Of a DNA stretch of 64,000 nt, positions 48,800 to 58,739 are shown one piece after another (position 1 is the stretch's first letter; each line of letters begins with the position of its first letter). A program made the translations under genes and the position numbers. Source of the DNA: Gammaproteobacteria bacterium. Its GTDB lineage: Bacteria; Pseudomonadota; Gammaproteobacteria; Steroidobacterales; UBA11654. The notes beneath the pieces were generated by a model. The model was not told the DNA's origin. It made no database searches and saw nothing but the letters and a program-made list of their open reading frames with translations. Location of the stretch: contig PBDY01000019.1 of NCBI GenBank assembly GCA_002717445.1, forward strand, positions 36,568 to 100,567. Direction: 5' to 3'.

Positions 48800-50836
48800 A
48801 TGAATGATGATTGTTTTAAATTGAGAGCTGATTACCAACCGAAAGGCGATCAACCCAATGCTATAAAATCATTATTGAATGGCCTAAATAATGGCCTACA
48901 TAAACAAACACTTCTTGGTGTTACTGGCTCTGGAAAAACATTCACCATCGCTAATTTAATTCAACAATCTCAGAGAACGACATTATTATTGGCACCGAAC
49001 AAAACACTTGCAGCTCAATTGTATGGAGAAATGAGAGAGTATTTTCCTGAAAATAAAGTGGAGTACTTTGTGTCGTACTACGATTATTATCAGCCGGAAG
49101 CTTATGTCCCTGTTACAGACATTTATATTGAAAAAGACGCATCGGTTAATGCACACATCGAACAAATGCGATTATCTGCAACAAAAGCCCTGATCGAAAG
49201 AAAAGATACGATCATTGTGGCATCCGTCTCAGCGATATATGGTCTTGGTGATCCGAAACAATATCTCAATATGGTATTGCATTTATCACTTAACGATCGA
49301 ATATCAAGTAAATCAATCACTCAGAAGTTGGCTGAACTTCAATATCAAAGAAACAACATTGAGTTTAAGCAAGGCACGTTTAGAGTGATGGGAGATGTCA
49401 TTGATGTATTCCCAGCAGATTCTGACAATCAAGCCATTAGGGTGGAAATGTTTGATGATGAAGTTGAAAACATTTCATTCTTCGACCCTTTAACGGGCGA
49501 AGTCAGGAGAAAGCTTAGGCAAGTTACAATTTTTCCCAAAACGCACTACGTCACTCCTCGTGAAGTAATGTTGAATGCAATTGATCATATAAAAGATGAG
49601 TTATCGGATCGACTAATCGATTTAAATGATCAAAATAAGCTTGTCGAAGCACAACGGTTAGAACAACGAACAATGTATGATATTGAGATGATCAGAGAGC
49701 TTGGCTTCTGTTCTGGAATTGAAAACTACAGCCGATATTTATCAGGCAGAGGGGAGGGCGAACCCCCGCCGTGCTTAATCGATTACCTGCCAAATGATTC
49801 GTTGATCATTATTGATGAAAGCCACGTCACTATCCCTCAGCTCAGGGGAATGTACAAAGGCGATCATTCCAGGAAAACCACACTCGTAGAATATGGATTT
49901 AGATTGCCTTCTGCTCTGGATAATAGACCGCTTATGTATGAAGAATTTGATGGTATGTCGCCACAAACAGTCTATGTGTCTGCCACACCAAGAGACTATG
50001 AGCTTGAACAGTCAAACAATGTCGCTGAACAAATTGTCCGACCCACCGGTCTGATTGATCCTGAAGTCGAAGTCAGGCCTATAAATAATCAGGTCGATGA
50101 TTTACTCTCAGAGATCAGAATCAGAGCAGACAACAGTGAACGAGTACTGGTCACAACACTCACAAAGAGAATGGCAGAAGATCTCGCTGAATATTTTAAC
50201 GACAATCGTGTTAGGGTTCGTTACCTTCATTCTGATATAGATACGGTTGAACGATCGGAAATACTGAGAGATCTGAGATTGGGTGAATTTGATGTATTGG
50301 TAGGAATCAACTTATTGCGAGAAGGTCTTGATTTACCAGAGGTATCTCTTGTTGCAATACTCGATGCAGATAAAGAAGGCTTCTTAAGGTCTGCAGGTTC
50401 CCTTATTCAAACAATCGGCAGAGCCGCTAGGAATGTCAATGGAAAAGCAATCATGTATGCCGATAAAGAAACCAATTCAATGAAAAATGCCCTTGAAGAG
50501 ACAAATCGAAGAAGAGAAAAGCAGATACAGTTTAATATCGATAATGGGATAGAACCCAAAACAATCATCAAGAATATCCATGATGTCATGGAAGGGGCAA
50601 AACCATCTCAAACAAGAAAATTTATAAAAATTCCAAATAAGATCAAAAAGCAACTTCAATCCGATAATCCGTCTGACGTTTCAAAACTTCTCGAGGAGCT
50701 TGAAGTCAAAATGTTCAATGCTGCTAAAGACTTGGATTTTGAAGAAGCGGCGAAAATCAGAGATGAAATTAAACTCGTTAAAGAAATTAATTTCGGTATA
50801 AATTATGTGGATTCATCTGAAAAAATACGAATCTAA
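48800..50836 (+). CDS. uvrB: Excinuclease ABC subunit B (start moved to ATG 48800)
   Basis: [43 protein letters not shown]-terminal UVR domain. Confidence 0.98.
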   Translation: MNDDCFKLRADYQPKGDQPNAIKSLLNGLNNGLHKQTLLGVTGSGKTFTIANLIQQSQRTTLLLAPNKTLAAQLYGEMREYFPENKVEYFVSYYDYYQPEAYVPVTDIYIEKDASVNAHIEQMRLSATKALIERKDTIIVASVSAIYGLGDPKQYLNMVLHLSLNDRISSKSITQKLAELQYQRNNIEFKQGTFRVMGDVIDVFPADSDNQAIRVEMFDDEVENISFFDPLTGEVRRKLRQVTIFPKTHYVTPREVMLNAIDHIKDELSDRLIDLNDQNKLVEAQRLEQRTMYDIEMIRELGFCSGIENYSRYLSGRGEGEPPPCLIDYLPNDSLIIIDESHVTIPQLRGMYKGDHSRKTTLVEYGFRLPSALDNRPLMYEEFDGMSPQTVYVSATPRDYELEQSNNVAEQIVRPTGLIDPEVEVRPINNQVDDLLSEIRIRADNSERVLVTTLTKRMAEDLAEYFNDNRVRVRYLHSDIDTVERSEILRDLRLGEFDVLVGINLLREGLDLPEVSLVAILDADKEGFLRSAGSLIQTIGRAARNVNGKAIMYADKETNSMKNALEETNRRREKQIQFNIDNGIEPKTIIKNIHDVMEGAKPSQTRKFIKIPNKIKKQLQSDNPSDVSKLLEELEVKMFNAAKDLDFEEAAKIRDEIKLVKEINFGINYVDSSEKIRI

Positions 50837-50886
50837 ATTGATTCGATATTCTCAGTCTTATACGATGTTGAAATGGAGAATCTAAA

Positions 50887-51210
50887 TTGAAATTCAAAAT
50901 TGTCATTCTAATCATATCTTTTATTACTTTGCCTTTGAGTGCAGAGATATTGGGCGATCTCGAGTACGGTAAAAAATTAGCCGATGAAGCTCCGAGCCCT
51001 TTAGTGCTTCAAATTCTTCTTTATAAGTATCTCGATTCACCAAAACAACTTCTAAAAAATGGATGCGAAGGATGTCATGATATAAAAACTTTTGAAGAAA
51101 ACACAAAAGAAGAAATTCTAGACAGAATACTTAAATCTTGGCATGCTTCAGGTTATATTGAAGAAGACCTCAATGATCTGACCACATATCTCTTTGAACA
51201 GTCCAATTAA
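50887..51210 (+). CDS. Small exported mono-heme c-type cytochrome-like protein
   Basis: GGAG RBS before TTG; Sec-type signal peptide; CEGCH heme motif; GDLEYGKKL and EEDLNDLTTYL class I-like terminal helices. Confidence 0.7.
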   Translation: MKFKIVILIISFITLPLSAEILGDLEYGKKLADEAPSPLVLQILLYKYLDSPKQLLKNGCEGCHDIKTFEENTKEEILDRILKSWHASGYIEEDLNDLTTYLFEQSN

Positions 51211-51222
51211 GGGTTTAACTGG

Positions 51223-51299
51223 AGGCGCGTAGCTCAGCTGGTTAGAGTGCTTGCTTGACATGCAAGAGGTCGGCGGTTCGAGTCCGCCCGTGCCTACCA
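51223..51299 (+). tRNA. tRNA-Val(GAC)
   Basis: Acceptor stem AGGCGCG/CGTGCCT, anticodon arm CTTGC-TTGACAT-GCAAG, GGTTCGAGTCC, encoded CCA. Confidence 0.96.
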
Positions 51300-51363
51300 G
51301 TTATATACCCACCAAGTTTTTAATAAAAAATTTATCAAAATTAAATTTATTTATTTATTTTTC

Positions 51364-51372
51364 TGTTATGAT
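51364..51372 (+). promoter_or_regulatory. Putative extended -10 promoter of the TonB-dependent receptor
   Basis: TG-t-TATGAT preceded by a very AT-rich tract of about 50 bp. Confidence 0.45.
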
Positions 51373-51445
51373 CCTGCAGTTAGAGATTCATGCTCATCAT
51401 TCGATGAAATGGGGAGTGACTAACAAAAACAATGGGGGAAAATTA

Positions 51446-53788
51446 ATGAATTGTTTAAAAAACTATATATTAGCTTCGCTTTACATCTCCTTTTTTTCTT
51501 TAGCTTCTTTTGCTCAGGAAATTGAGGAAATCATAGTTACGGCAAACAAAAGGGAGCAAACGGTTCAGGATATACCGATGAATATCTCAGTCTTAACATC
51601 CGATGTTATGACTGCAAGAGGCATATACAAGCCTGAAGATTATTTGAGGACACTTGCGGGTGTATCGACTCCTGGTGGAGACAGATACTACACCATGAGG
51701 GGTCTAAATACCGGTACAGCTCAAGTTTCATCTGGAACGTCTAATACCTATATGGGTGAAATCTCCATGGGCATGACCAATCTGTATGATATTGAGAGGA
51801 TTGAAGTGCTTAGGGGTCCTCAAGGTACCCTTTATGGATCAAATGCTGTGGGTGGAACGATAAGGTATATTACAAATATACCTCAGTTTGACGAATTTGA
51901 AGGTGACGTCACCATAGAATACGTAGACAAAAAATTAGCCGATGACAGCGGTTATAACTACAATTTGATGCTCAATGTTCCTCTCTCTGATAACTTTGCC
52001 ATGAGAGCAGTCTACACATCTCAGAAAGATCCTGGAATCTACCAAAACGTTGCGAACGGTCGAAAAGATATCGGCACACAAGACGATGATGAATACAGAT
52101 TGATGTTCAGATATCAAAACGGTCCATTGGACGTCAATGCAATGGTTATGAAAAGAGAGCGTTTTGATTTTGGTCAAAAAGAAAAGGGAAATGCAGATAA
52201 ACCTGGAACAGCAGATATCGTTGATCCAAATTGTAACTACGATTCAGCTTGGTACTACGGCGATACTTGTTCAAGAGTCTACGCTACAGCTGGTGGTGAT
52301 TTAAGTGGTTATGATGAAAGCCTTGCATTTTACTCTTTCACCGATGAAACATATGATGTTGAATCTACCGTTACTTCGTTAACAGTGGAATACGATTTTG
52401 AAACATTCACTGGAATGCTAATTCTCGCTGATTATGATTTTGATGATTATTATGTCACTGACTGGTCGAGAATTGATACCGATGACCTTTTTGTCGATGA
52501 CCTTTTTTACTATGGTGATGGCAGTCGTGACACTCAAGAAATCAGGTTCTCATCTGCCACAGATGGTCCAATACAATGGACAGTGGGATACTTCAAGACT
52601 GATTATGAAGATGCACCTAATAGTGTTACAGAATGGGAAGTAACTGATACCGATGGACTCGATTATCTTGGTTATATGGGATTTACCTCACATGATGGCA
52701 CTTATGATCCCTCATTTTATGTTTCACCATATGGTGACACTCAGTTTAGAGGCAACAGTGGATTCATGGTTTATGGAAGTTATAACTACTATAACTATGC
52801 TGAAGAAAAAGCTTTATACGGTTCTGTTGACTATTCGATCAATAACTGGACATTCACAGTAGGTATGAGAGATTTTGAGTTGTCAGACGGCTTTAAAGCA
52901 TCCGAATATGGACTTTTCTATGAAGATCCTGATAACACAGGTTGTGACGGAACTGAAGCTGTTGGAGTAACATGCTCTGAAGAAAATGGTGAAGAATCAG
53001 ATAATCGTTTGAAATACACGGTCTCATATGAAGTCAATGACGATTTGACTCTATTTGCTGTGTCATCAGTGGGTTATAGATCTGGTGGAAACAATGCTGC
53101 ACTTCCATTCTTTTGTGCAAACGATCCTGAAGCTGCTGGTTTTAAAAGAAGATATACATCCGATGAAGCGGAAAATTCCGAAATTGGTATAAAAACGAGG
53201 GGTAATAATTACACTTTAAATGCAACGTATTTCTGGGTTGACTGGACTGGAATTCAAGTCACAGTCAGGCCTGCATGTGGATGGTCCTTCACTTACAATG
53301 GTGGTGAAGCAGAAACGTCTGGGATAGAGCTTGATTTCTCTTATGATATTTCTGAGAACCTTGTGCTTGATGTTACAGGAAGCTTCATCAGTGCTGAGAT
53401 TGCAAACGATATTTCATCACTGGGAGCATCTGCAGGAGACAGGCTTCCAAATATTGCAGAAGAGCAGATGTCTCTTGGTCTTTCATATGACTTTGAAATG
53501 TTTGCATCACCTGCCTTTGCTAGAGCTGACTTTAACTACTACGGTGAAAGTTTTGCGACCTTTGCAATGGATCGCGAAGACATGTCACCGAGTTATACAC
53601 AGGTAAATTTTAATCTTGGTGTAGAATTAGATGAAAACACTCGTGTTCAACTTTCGATCAGCAACCTCACTGATGAACGAACCGAGGCGTTTAGATTCTC
53701 TGCAGAATCTCCAAGTTATCGTGCCAGGAACTATCTACAATGGATACCACCTAGAACAATAGCTTTGTCTTACTCAAGAAGCTTCTAA
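51446..53788 (+). CDS. TonB-dependent outer membrane receptor (start moved to ATG 51446)
   Basis: GGGGGA RBS, signal peptide, TonB box EEIIVTA, plug motif IERIEVLRGPQGTLYG, terminal Phe. Confidence 0.93.
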   Translation: MNCLKNYILASLYISFFSLASFAQEIEEIIVTANKREQTVQDIPMNISVLTSDVMTARGIYKPEDYLRTLAGVSTPGGDRYYTMRGLNTGTAQVSSGTSNTYMGEISMGMTNLYDIERIEVLRGPQGTLYGSNAVGGTIRYITNIPQFDEFEGDVTIEYVDKKLADDSGYNYNLMLNVPLSDNFAMRAVYTSQKDPGIYQNVANGRKDIGTQDDDEYRLMFRYQNGPLDVNAMVMKRERFDFGQKEKGNADKPGTADIVDPNCNYDSAWYYGDTCSRVYATAGGDLSGYDESLAFYSFTDETYDVESTVTSLTVEYDFETFTGMLILADYDFDDYYVTDWSRIDTDDLFVDDLFYYGDGSRDTQEIRFSSATDGPIQWTVGYFKTDYEDAPNSVTEWEVTDTDGLDYLGYMGFTSHDGTYDPSFYVSPYGDTQFRGNSGFMVYGSYNYYNYAEEKALYGSVDYSINNWTFTVGMRDFELSDGFKASEYGLFYEDPDNTGCDGTEAVGVTCSEENGEESDNRLKYTVSYEVNDDLTLFAVSSVGYRSGGNNAALPFFCANDPEAAGFKRRYTSDEAENSEIGIKTRGNNYTLNATYFWVDWTGIQVTVRPACGWSFTYNGGEAETSGIELDFSYDISENLVLDVTGSFISAEIANDISSLGASAGDRLPNIAEEQMSLGLSYDFEMFASPAFARADFNYYGESFATFAMDREDMSPSYTQVNFNLGVELDENTRVQLSISNLTDERTEAFRFSAESPSYRARNYLQWIPPRTIALSYSRSF

Positions 53789-53804
53789 TGAGAGTAGCAA
53801 ATTG

Positions 53805-53833
53805 AAAAAAGCCCGTGGAAGCGGGCTTTTTTT
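53805..53833. terminator. Bidirectional intrinsic terminator
   Basis: AAAAAAGCCCGT-GGAA-GCGGGCTTTTTTT between convergent genes. Confidence 0.9.
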
Positions 53834-55088
53834 ATTTAATGATCTGACCTTCCTTCATAATGAAATGGACCCTTTCCAATGATGTGATATCTTTAATTGG
53901 ATCTCCTTTGACTCCTATGATGTCAGCTTCATAAGACTCTTTTATCTCACCAACATTTGCAAGCCCAAAAAGCTCCGCTGTATTAATGGTTGCCGCCTGG
54001 ATAGCCTGTATTGGAGTCATGCCCCATTGGACCATGTATTTAAATTGTCTGGCATTTTTTCCATGTGGGTATATCCCAGCATCCGTTCCAAAAACCATTT
54101 TGGCACGCGTTTCTACTGCCATTTTGAAATTCTCCCTTTGCTTTCGTCCAACTGTTCTTTCTTTTTTAAGAGCATATTCTGGAATACCGTTTTTAGCGCC
54201 TTCCCCAAGTATATAATCAGAAACATATATATCCATTGACAAAAAAACGCCTTTCGCAATCGCATGCCTGATGGTGTCCTGATCAATCAAACTCGAATGC
54301 TCGACCGAGTCGACACCTGCATCAATTGCCATTCTGATGCCTTCTAACCCGTGTGCGTGTGCAGCAACTTTCATTCCATGAGTGTGAGCCTCATCAACGA
54401 TCGCTCTCATTTCCTCAAGCGTGTATTGCCTATTATTGAGATTTGTATTTTTTGACATTACACCGCCAGTGGCACAATATTTAATCAGGTCAGCACCGTA
54501 CTTCCTATTCTCTCTAACCTTTTTTCGAATTTCCCAAGGTCCATCAGCCACGCCTTGTGCTTTGTTTTCGTATTCCGCTGGGAGAATATTGCTGTCACAA
54601 TGACCACCGGTGATTCCAAGGGGGGGGCCGGATACAAGGAGAGTAGGGCCTATGATTGCCTTTTGATCAATGGCATCCCTCAATGCCACATCAGCATAAT
54701 TCGCTGCGCCCACATTCCTGACTGTCGTGAATCCAGCCATTAGAGTCTGTTTGGCATTTTTGACGCCATAAATAGCTGCTAGATATGAGGACTCTGAAAT
54801 TCCTTCATATCCCTTGAGGTCAGTATTTCCTGTTAAATGGACATGAGAATCCATTAAACCAGGAAGGATCGTTGTCTCTGGTAGGCTGATGACCTCATAT
54901 CCGTCCAGAGCTGGAATATTCTTTGAGACTTTTGTGATGAACCCGTCTTCAACAAGGATGCCTGCACCAATAATGATCTCACCGGTTCTAACATCAAGGA
55001 CTTGTTTTGGCTTAATTAATATGCTTTGAGAATACCCCTCTGCATGAAGAAATATAAAGAGAGGGATTATAAATAGAATCTTTTTCAT
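53832..55088 (-). CDS. Exported metal-dependent amidohydrolase (Xaa-Pro dipeptidase-like)
   Basis: Signal peptide; PGLMDSHVH, GFTTVRN, IKYCATGGV, AAHAHG, VEH, FGTDAG. Confidence 0.88.
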   Translation of the reverse strand: MKKILFIIPLFIFLHAEGYSQSILIKPKQVLDVRTGEIIIGAGILVEDGFITKVSKNIPALDGYEVISLPETTILPGLMDSHVHLTGNTDLKGYEGISESSYLAAIYGVKNAKQTLMAGFTTVRNVGAANYADVALRDAIDQKAIIGPTLLVSGPPLGITGGHCDSNILPAEYENKAQGVADGPWEIRKKVRENRKYGADLIKYCATGGVMSKNTNLNNRQYTLEEMRAIVDEAHTHGMKVAAHAHGLEGIRMAIDAGVDSVEHSSLIDQDTIRHAIAKGVFLSMDIYVSDYILGEGAKNGIPEYALKKERTVGRKQRENFKMAVETRAKMVFGTDAGIYPHGKNARQFKYMVQWGMTPIQAIQAATINTAELFGLANVGEIKESYEADIIGVKGDPIKDITSLERVHFIMKEGQIIK

Positions 55089-55102
55089 AGTTAAAAACCG
55101 AA

Positions 55103-56032
55103 TTAATTGTTATCGCAATCAACCAACCTATCATCAATGTTTGTGTCGGGGAAATATTTTTCAAGCAAAGCCCAAAGTGCAGATACCATTTCAGTTGAAA
55201 CTTTGTCGAACGACTGATCCGGTGTGAAGTGGTATTGAAATGCTCTGATCACATAAAAAGTTTGCTCGTCCATTTCTCCGGTTATCTCTATCCCGTAACC
55301 ATATTTTTTTAAAGCGCATTGAATTTGACCGATACTTGGCTTTTTTCGTCTGAATTTCTTTTTATATTTCATATATGTTTCATCGTCATACCACGCTCCA
55401 ATGCCATTTTCATAAAGCCTTTTCCATGGAAACTTTGGCCCAGGATCGTATTTTCTATTGGGAGCAATATCTGAGTGGCCGATGATATACGTTGGCCTGA
55501 TTTCGTCATGCCTTGAGAGAATGTCTTTTAAGAGCATAATCAATGCATCAATCTGGTCGTCATCAAACGGCGGGAAAAGGCAGATAAAGTTATTTGTGTA
55601 ATCATATTTCGAGCCTTGTCTAATGGTGCATTCAGCCTGATTAACGAGTTCAATACCGATTGATTGATCATTGATATTTGTTCGCTTCTCCCAACGGCTT
55701 ATTCCAGCATGAAATGCTCGATCCTCCTCATTAACCAACTGAAAAACTTTGATTTGATCCAAATAGGTGTCATCGCCAGTTTCAGGAATCAGATAATGTG
55801 AGCTAACTCCATATTGTTCCTGAGTCAGTACTTTTAGAGAGTTTTCCCAATCAATACTCGTATAGTGAATCACAATGAATCGAACACGGGTGCTGAAGTT
55901 TTCAGACTCAAGGGACTTTATTTTCTCGAATGCATTTGCACCGTTGTCACTAGAGACTACAACAGAAGTATTTATACAGAGAATTACTGTCGCTAATAAT
56001 CCTAAAATATATTTGAAAGTGAGTCGGCACAT
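55103..56032 (-). CDS. N-acetylmuramoyl-L-alanine amidase (AmiD-like)
   Basis: IVIHYT, VSSHYLI, RAFHAG, SIGIELVN, GHSDIAPNRKYDPG, C-terminal peptidoglycan-binding segment RAFQYHF. Confidence 0.88.
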   Translation of the reverse strand: MCRLTFKYILGLLATVILCINTSVVVSSDNGANAFEKIKSLESENFSTRVRFIVIHYTSIDWENSLKVLTQEQYGVSSHYLIPETGDDTYLDQIKVFQLVNEEDRAFHAGISRWEKRTNINDQSIGIELVNQAECTIRQGSKYDYTNNFICLFPPFDDDQIDALIMLLKDILSRHDEIRPTYIIGHSDIAPNRKYDPGPKFPWKRLYENGIGAWYDDETYMKYKKKFRRKKPSIGQIQCALKKYGYGIEITGEMDEQTFYVIRAFQYHFTPDQSFDKVSTEMVSALWALLEKYFPDTNIDDRLVDCDNN

Positions 56033-56039
56033 CTGACTA

Positions 56040-56675
56040 TTAAAGCATGAATCTAGTTAAGGACTGCACTAGTGAAAACAATGGATCTAAAATCCCAAAA
56101 AAGAGGAGGCCGATGACTAAAAATATTCCATAGGGCTCAAACTGGTCAATTAATACTCCGTTTTTACCTGAAAGAACTGATCTCAGAACCCTGCCTCCAT
56201 CCAATGGAGGAATTGGAAGTAGGTTAAAGAACATTAAAAGGAGATTAATAAAAACTCCATACCAACACATCATTGCAAACAGTTCGGTGAGTCTTTCAGT
56301 GACAAGGCTTTGAATTGATAAAGATGAATAAAGCATGAATACGATGGACCATATTATTGCCATTATTAGATTTGAAACAGGTCCTGCCAGAGCAACAAAA
56401 AACATCGCTCTGTTTCGATTCTGAAAATTGTATGGGTTGACTGGTACGGGTTTGGCCCATCCAAATACCAACCCACCTAGATATACTAAAACAGCAGGCA
56501 ATATGACTGTCCCAACCAAATCAATATGAGCAATGGGGTTAAGCGTCAGACGGCCTTGTCTTGAAGCGGTTAAGTCACCAAACCCTTTTGCAATGAGACC
56601 ATGTGCAACCTCATGGACCGTGATGGCATAAATAACCGGTATTGCAATTGCAATGACTTGAAAGAGTAAATCCAT
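56040..56675 (-). CDS. Site-2 protease (M50 family) membrane metalloprotease
   Basis: HEVAH, GRLTLNP, GWAKPVP, AGPVSN, NLLPIPPLDG. Confidence 0.92.
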   Translation of the reverse strand: MDLLFQVIAIAIPVIYAITVHEVAHGLIAKGFGDLTASRQGRLTLNPIAHIDLVGTVILPAVLVYLGGLVFGWAKPVPVNPYNFQNRNRAMFFVALAGPVSNLIMAIIWSIVFMLYSSLSIQSLVTERLTELFAMMCWYGVFINLLLMFFNLLPIPPLDGGRVLRSVLSGKNGVLIDQFEPYGIFLVIGLLFFGILDPLFSLVQSLTRFML

Positions 56676-56683
56676 GAATAAAT

Positions 56684-57922
56684 CTATTTGATGATGGATA
56701 ATCTATTGTTGATTGGGAGAAAAATGAGTAAATAAAAAATACTCATCAAAGCTTGATAGAAGAATAGATCTATTGTCAGCACTGATGGTTGAGTGTTAAA
56801 ACTCAGATATGCCGTAACAACGAATAACGATCTTATGATTTCGAGATTAACAGCCCATTGTTTGTTTTCGAGAATTAGATTGACCAAGGTTGTTGAAAAG
56901 ACAAGCATTGCAGCAACCATCCAAGTGATTGCATATGACTGATCTGAGACTGTAAAGATCAATGCTGTTGAAATAATGCTATTGTTGGTGAACTGTATTA
57001 AAGAGAATGTTTTGGTTGCAGAGTCACATTCGGGGTCATATTTAACAAAGCTATTCATGTCATTGGAGAAATGAGGAAACATCTCTAAAACATCATCCGG
57101 TCTCCATCTCGTACTGGAAAACCAAACTCTCAATTTATTTTTAATTCCTTTGGTGTAAAAGCTATCTCTGATCATTTGATGATAGATCTCAAGGTTTGAC
57201 CAAATGGGATTCCAGCTTCTCAAAGGTTTGACCGTTCCATACGTGGGTTTAAGTTCATCCATTTCTTCTATAAATGTTCCAAATATTCTGTCCCAGAGGA
57301 TGAATACTCCGCCATAATTTGCATCAATATATTCAGGATTCTGCGCATGGTGCACACGGTGATTCGATGGCGTTATAAAAATGTACTCGAAAATGCCCAA
57401 TCTGCCTATGTGCTCTGTGTGGACCCAAAATTGGTAGAGTAAATTTACAGCAGCCACTGTAAAGAAGACTTCTCCAGGAATGCCCACAAAGAACATTGGA
57501 GTATAAAAAATCCACTTCCAGAGCCATCCGGTGCTTGTTTGCCTGAGTGCTGTGCTTAAGTTGTACTCTTCTCCTTGATGATGCACGACGTGTGAAGCCC
57601 ACAGTAACTTTATTTCATGGCTCATTCTATGCATCCAATAATAGCAGACATCGTAAAGCACAAAGGCCACTAACCAAGTCAACCAACTTTCTTTGGGAAG
57701 AAGTTGGAGGCTGTAATGGGTCGCGATACTCGTCCATACAACAGTTTGTAAACCTAAGTTAAGCATCGGGGGGATCCGGCTGATTAATCCTAATGATATT
57801 GCGGCTATTGAATCATTCAGCCGATAGTTATTTTTTCCGGCCGCATAACCATAAATCAGCTCTATAGCAATCATCAAGAAGAAGACGGGAACGGCCAGTG
57901 ATATTAGTATTGAAGTATCCAT
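56684..57922 (-). CDS. Sterol desaturase / alkylglycerol monooxygenase-like di-iron membrane enzyme
   Basis: His boxes HRMSHE, HVVHH, WVH, HRVHH; YNLSTALRQ; NYGGVFILWDRIFGT. Confidence 0.85.
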   Translation of the reverse strand: MDTSILISLAVPVFFLMIAIELIYGYAAGKNNYRLNDSIAAISLGLISRIPPMLNLGLQTVVWTSIATHYSLQLLPKESWLTWLVAFVLYDVCYYWMHRMSHEIKLLWASHVVHHQGEEYNLSTALRQTSTGWLWKWIFYTPMFFVGIPGEVFFTVAAVNLLYQFWVHTEHIGRLGIFEYIFITPSNHRVHHAQNPEYIDANYGGVFILWDRIFGTFIEEMDELKPTYGTVKPLRSWNPIWSNLEIYHQMIRDSFYTKGIKNKLRVWFSSTRWRPDDVLEMFPHFSNDMNSFVKYDPECDSATKTFSLIQFTNNSIISTALIFTVSDQSYAITWMVAAMLVFSTTLVNLILENKQWAVNLEIIRSLFVVTAYLSFNTQPSVLTIDLFFYQALMSIFYLLIFLPINNRLSIIK

Positions 57923-57929
57923 GGGTTAA

Positions 57930-58739
57930 TTATTCTATTAGAGAGTATCTTTGTCCATCAAATGTGGCCTGATTGTTTTCAATCAATCTAATTAAATGTG
58001 CCTCCAATGAAAATCGTGCGAGCGGGAGCAACAACGAACTCACATCATCATAAACTTTAGGCAGTAGTGATTCGATATCAATAGAGGCATTATCTTTTAA
58101 ATGACCTAAGACCTTCTTTTCACGTTTTAGACGATGAGCAATCGTAGCATCAATTTCATCATATGGGTCATGTATGGGATCCCCGTGACCGGGAAGAATG
58201 GTATCAATTGTAAATTCTTTGATCATTTCCAGTGAATCCAAGTATTGTGTCATATTTCCATCAGGGGGAGCTATAACAACGGTCGAACCTTGCATGATGT
58301 GGTCACCTGTAAATAAGAAGCCATTATATAAATAACAGAAGTGATTGGATGCATGGCCAGGTGTATGGATAGCCATAATCTCATGGTCAGATGATTTTAT
58401 CATTGATCGATGTTGGACTGTTTCATGAATGCTGATTGGGAGATCTCTTAATCGAGAAGACTCGGTGATGCAACCATAGATTGGCAAACCCAATTCATTA
58501 CTCAAAGACTCGGCTCCGGGCGAATGATCTGGGTGAGTATGCGTTATAAGGATTTTTGTAATCCGCCCATCACCGAGTTCCATTATATCCTCAATGTGAT
58601 TACTCAGGTCTGGTCCAGGATCTATGATTGAGAGTTCTTCATTTCCAATGAGATAGGTATTTGTTCCAGGTCCTGTAAACACTCCACCATTATCGGCAGT
58701 GAGTCTTTGTATCTCATCGGATATCCTAGTGATCCTCAT
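57930..58739 (-). CDS. Metallo-beta-lactamase-fold hydrolase, LACTB2-like (start moved to ATG 58739)
   Basis: TGPGTNTYL, IDPGP, THTHPDH, TPGHASNH, FTGDH, PGHG. Confidence 0.88.
   Translation of the reverse strand: MRITRISDEIQRLTADNGGVFTGPGTNTYLIGNEELSIIDPGPDLSNHIEDIMELGDGRITKILITHTHPDHSPGAESLSNELGLPIYGCITESSRLRDLPISIHETVQHRSMIKSSDHEIMAIHTPGHASNHFCYLYNGFLFTGDHIMQGSTVVIAPPDGNMTQYLDSLEMIKEFTIDTILPGHGDPIHDPYDEIDATIAHRLKREKKVLGHLKDNASIDIESLLPKVYDDVSSLLLPLARFSLEAHLIRLIENNQATFDGQRYSLIE

Noticed and set aside
51251-51445. TonB receptor ORF starting inside tRNA-Val
   Set aside because: Chance open frame; the RBS and signal peptide support ATG 51446.
47437-53833. Prophage or integrative element at tRNA-Asn or tRNA-Val
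   Set aside because: No integrase, and I saw no duplicated tRNA 3' end by eye; the genes between are mostly housekeeping.
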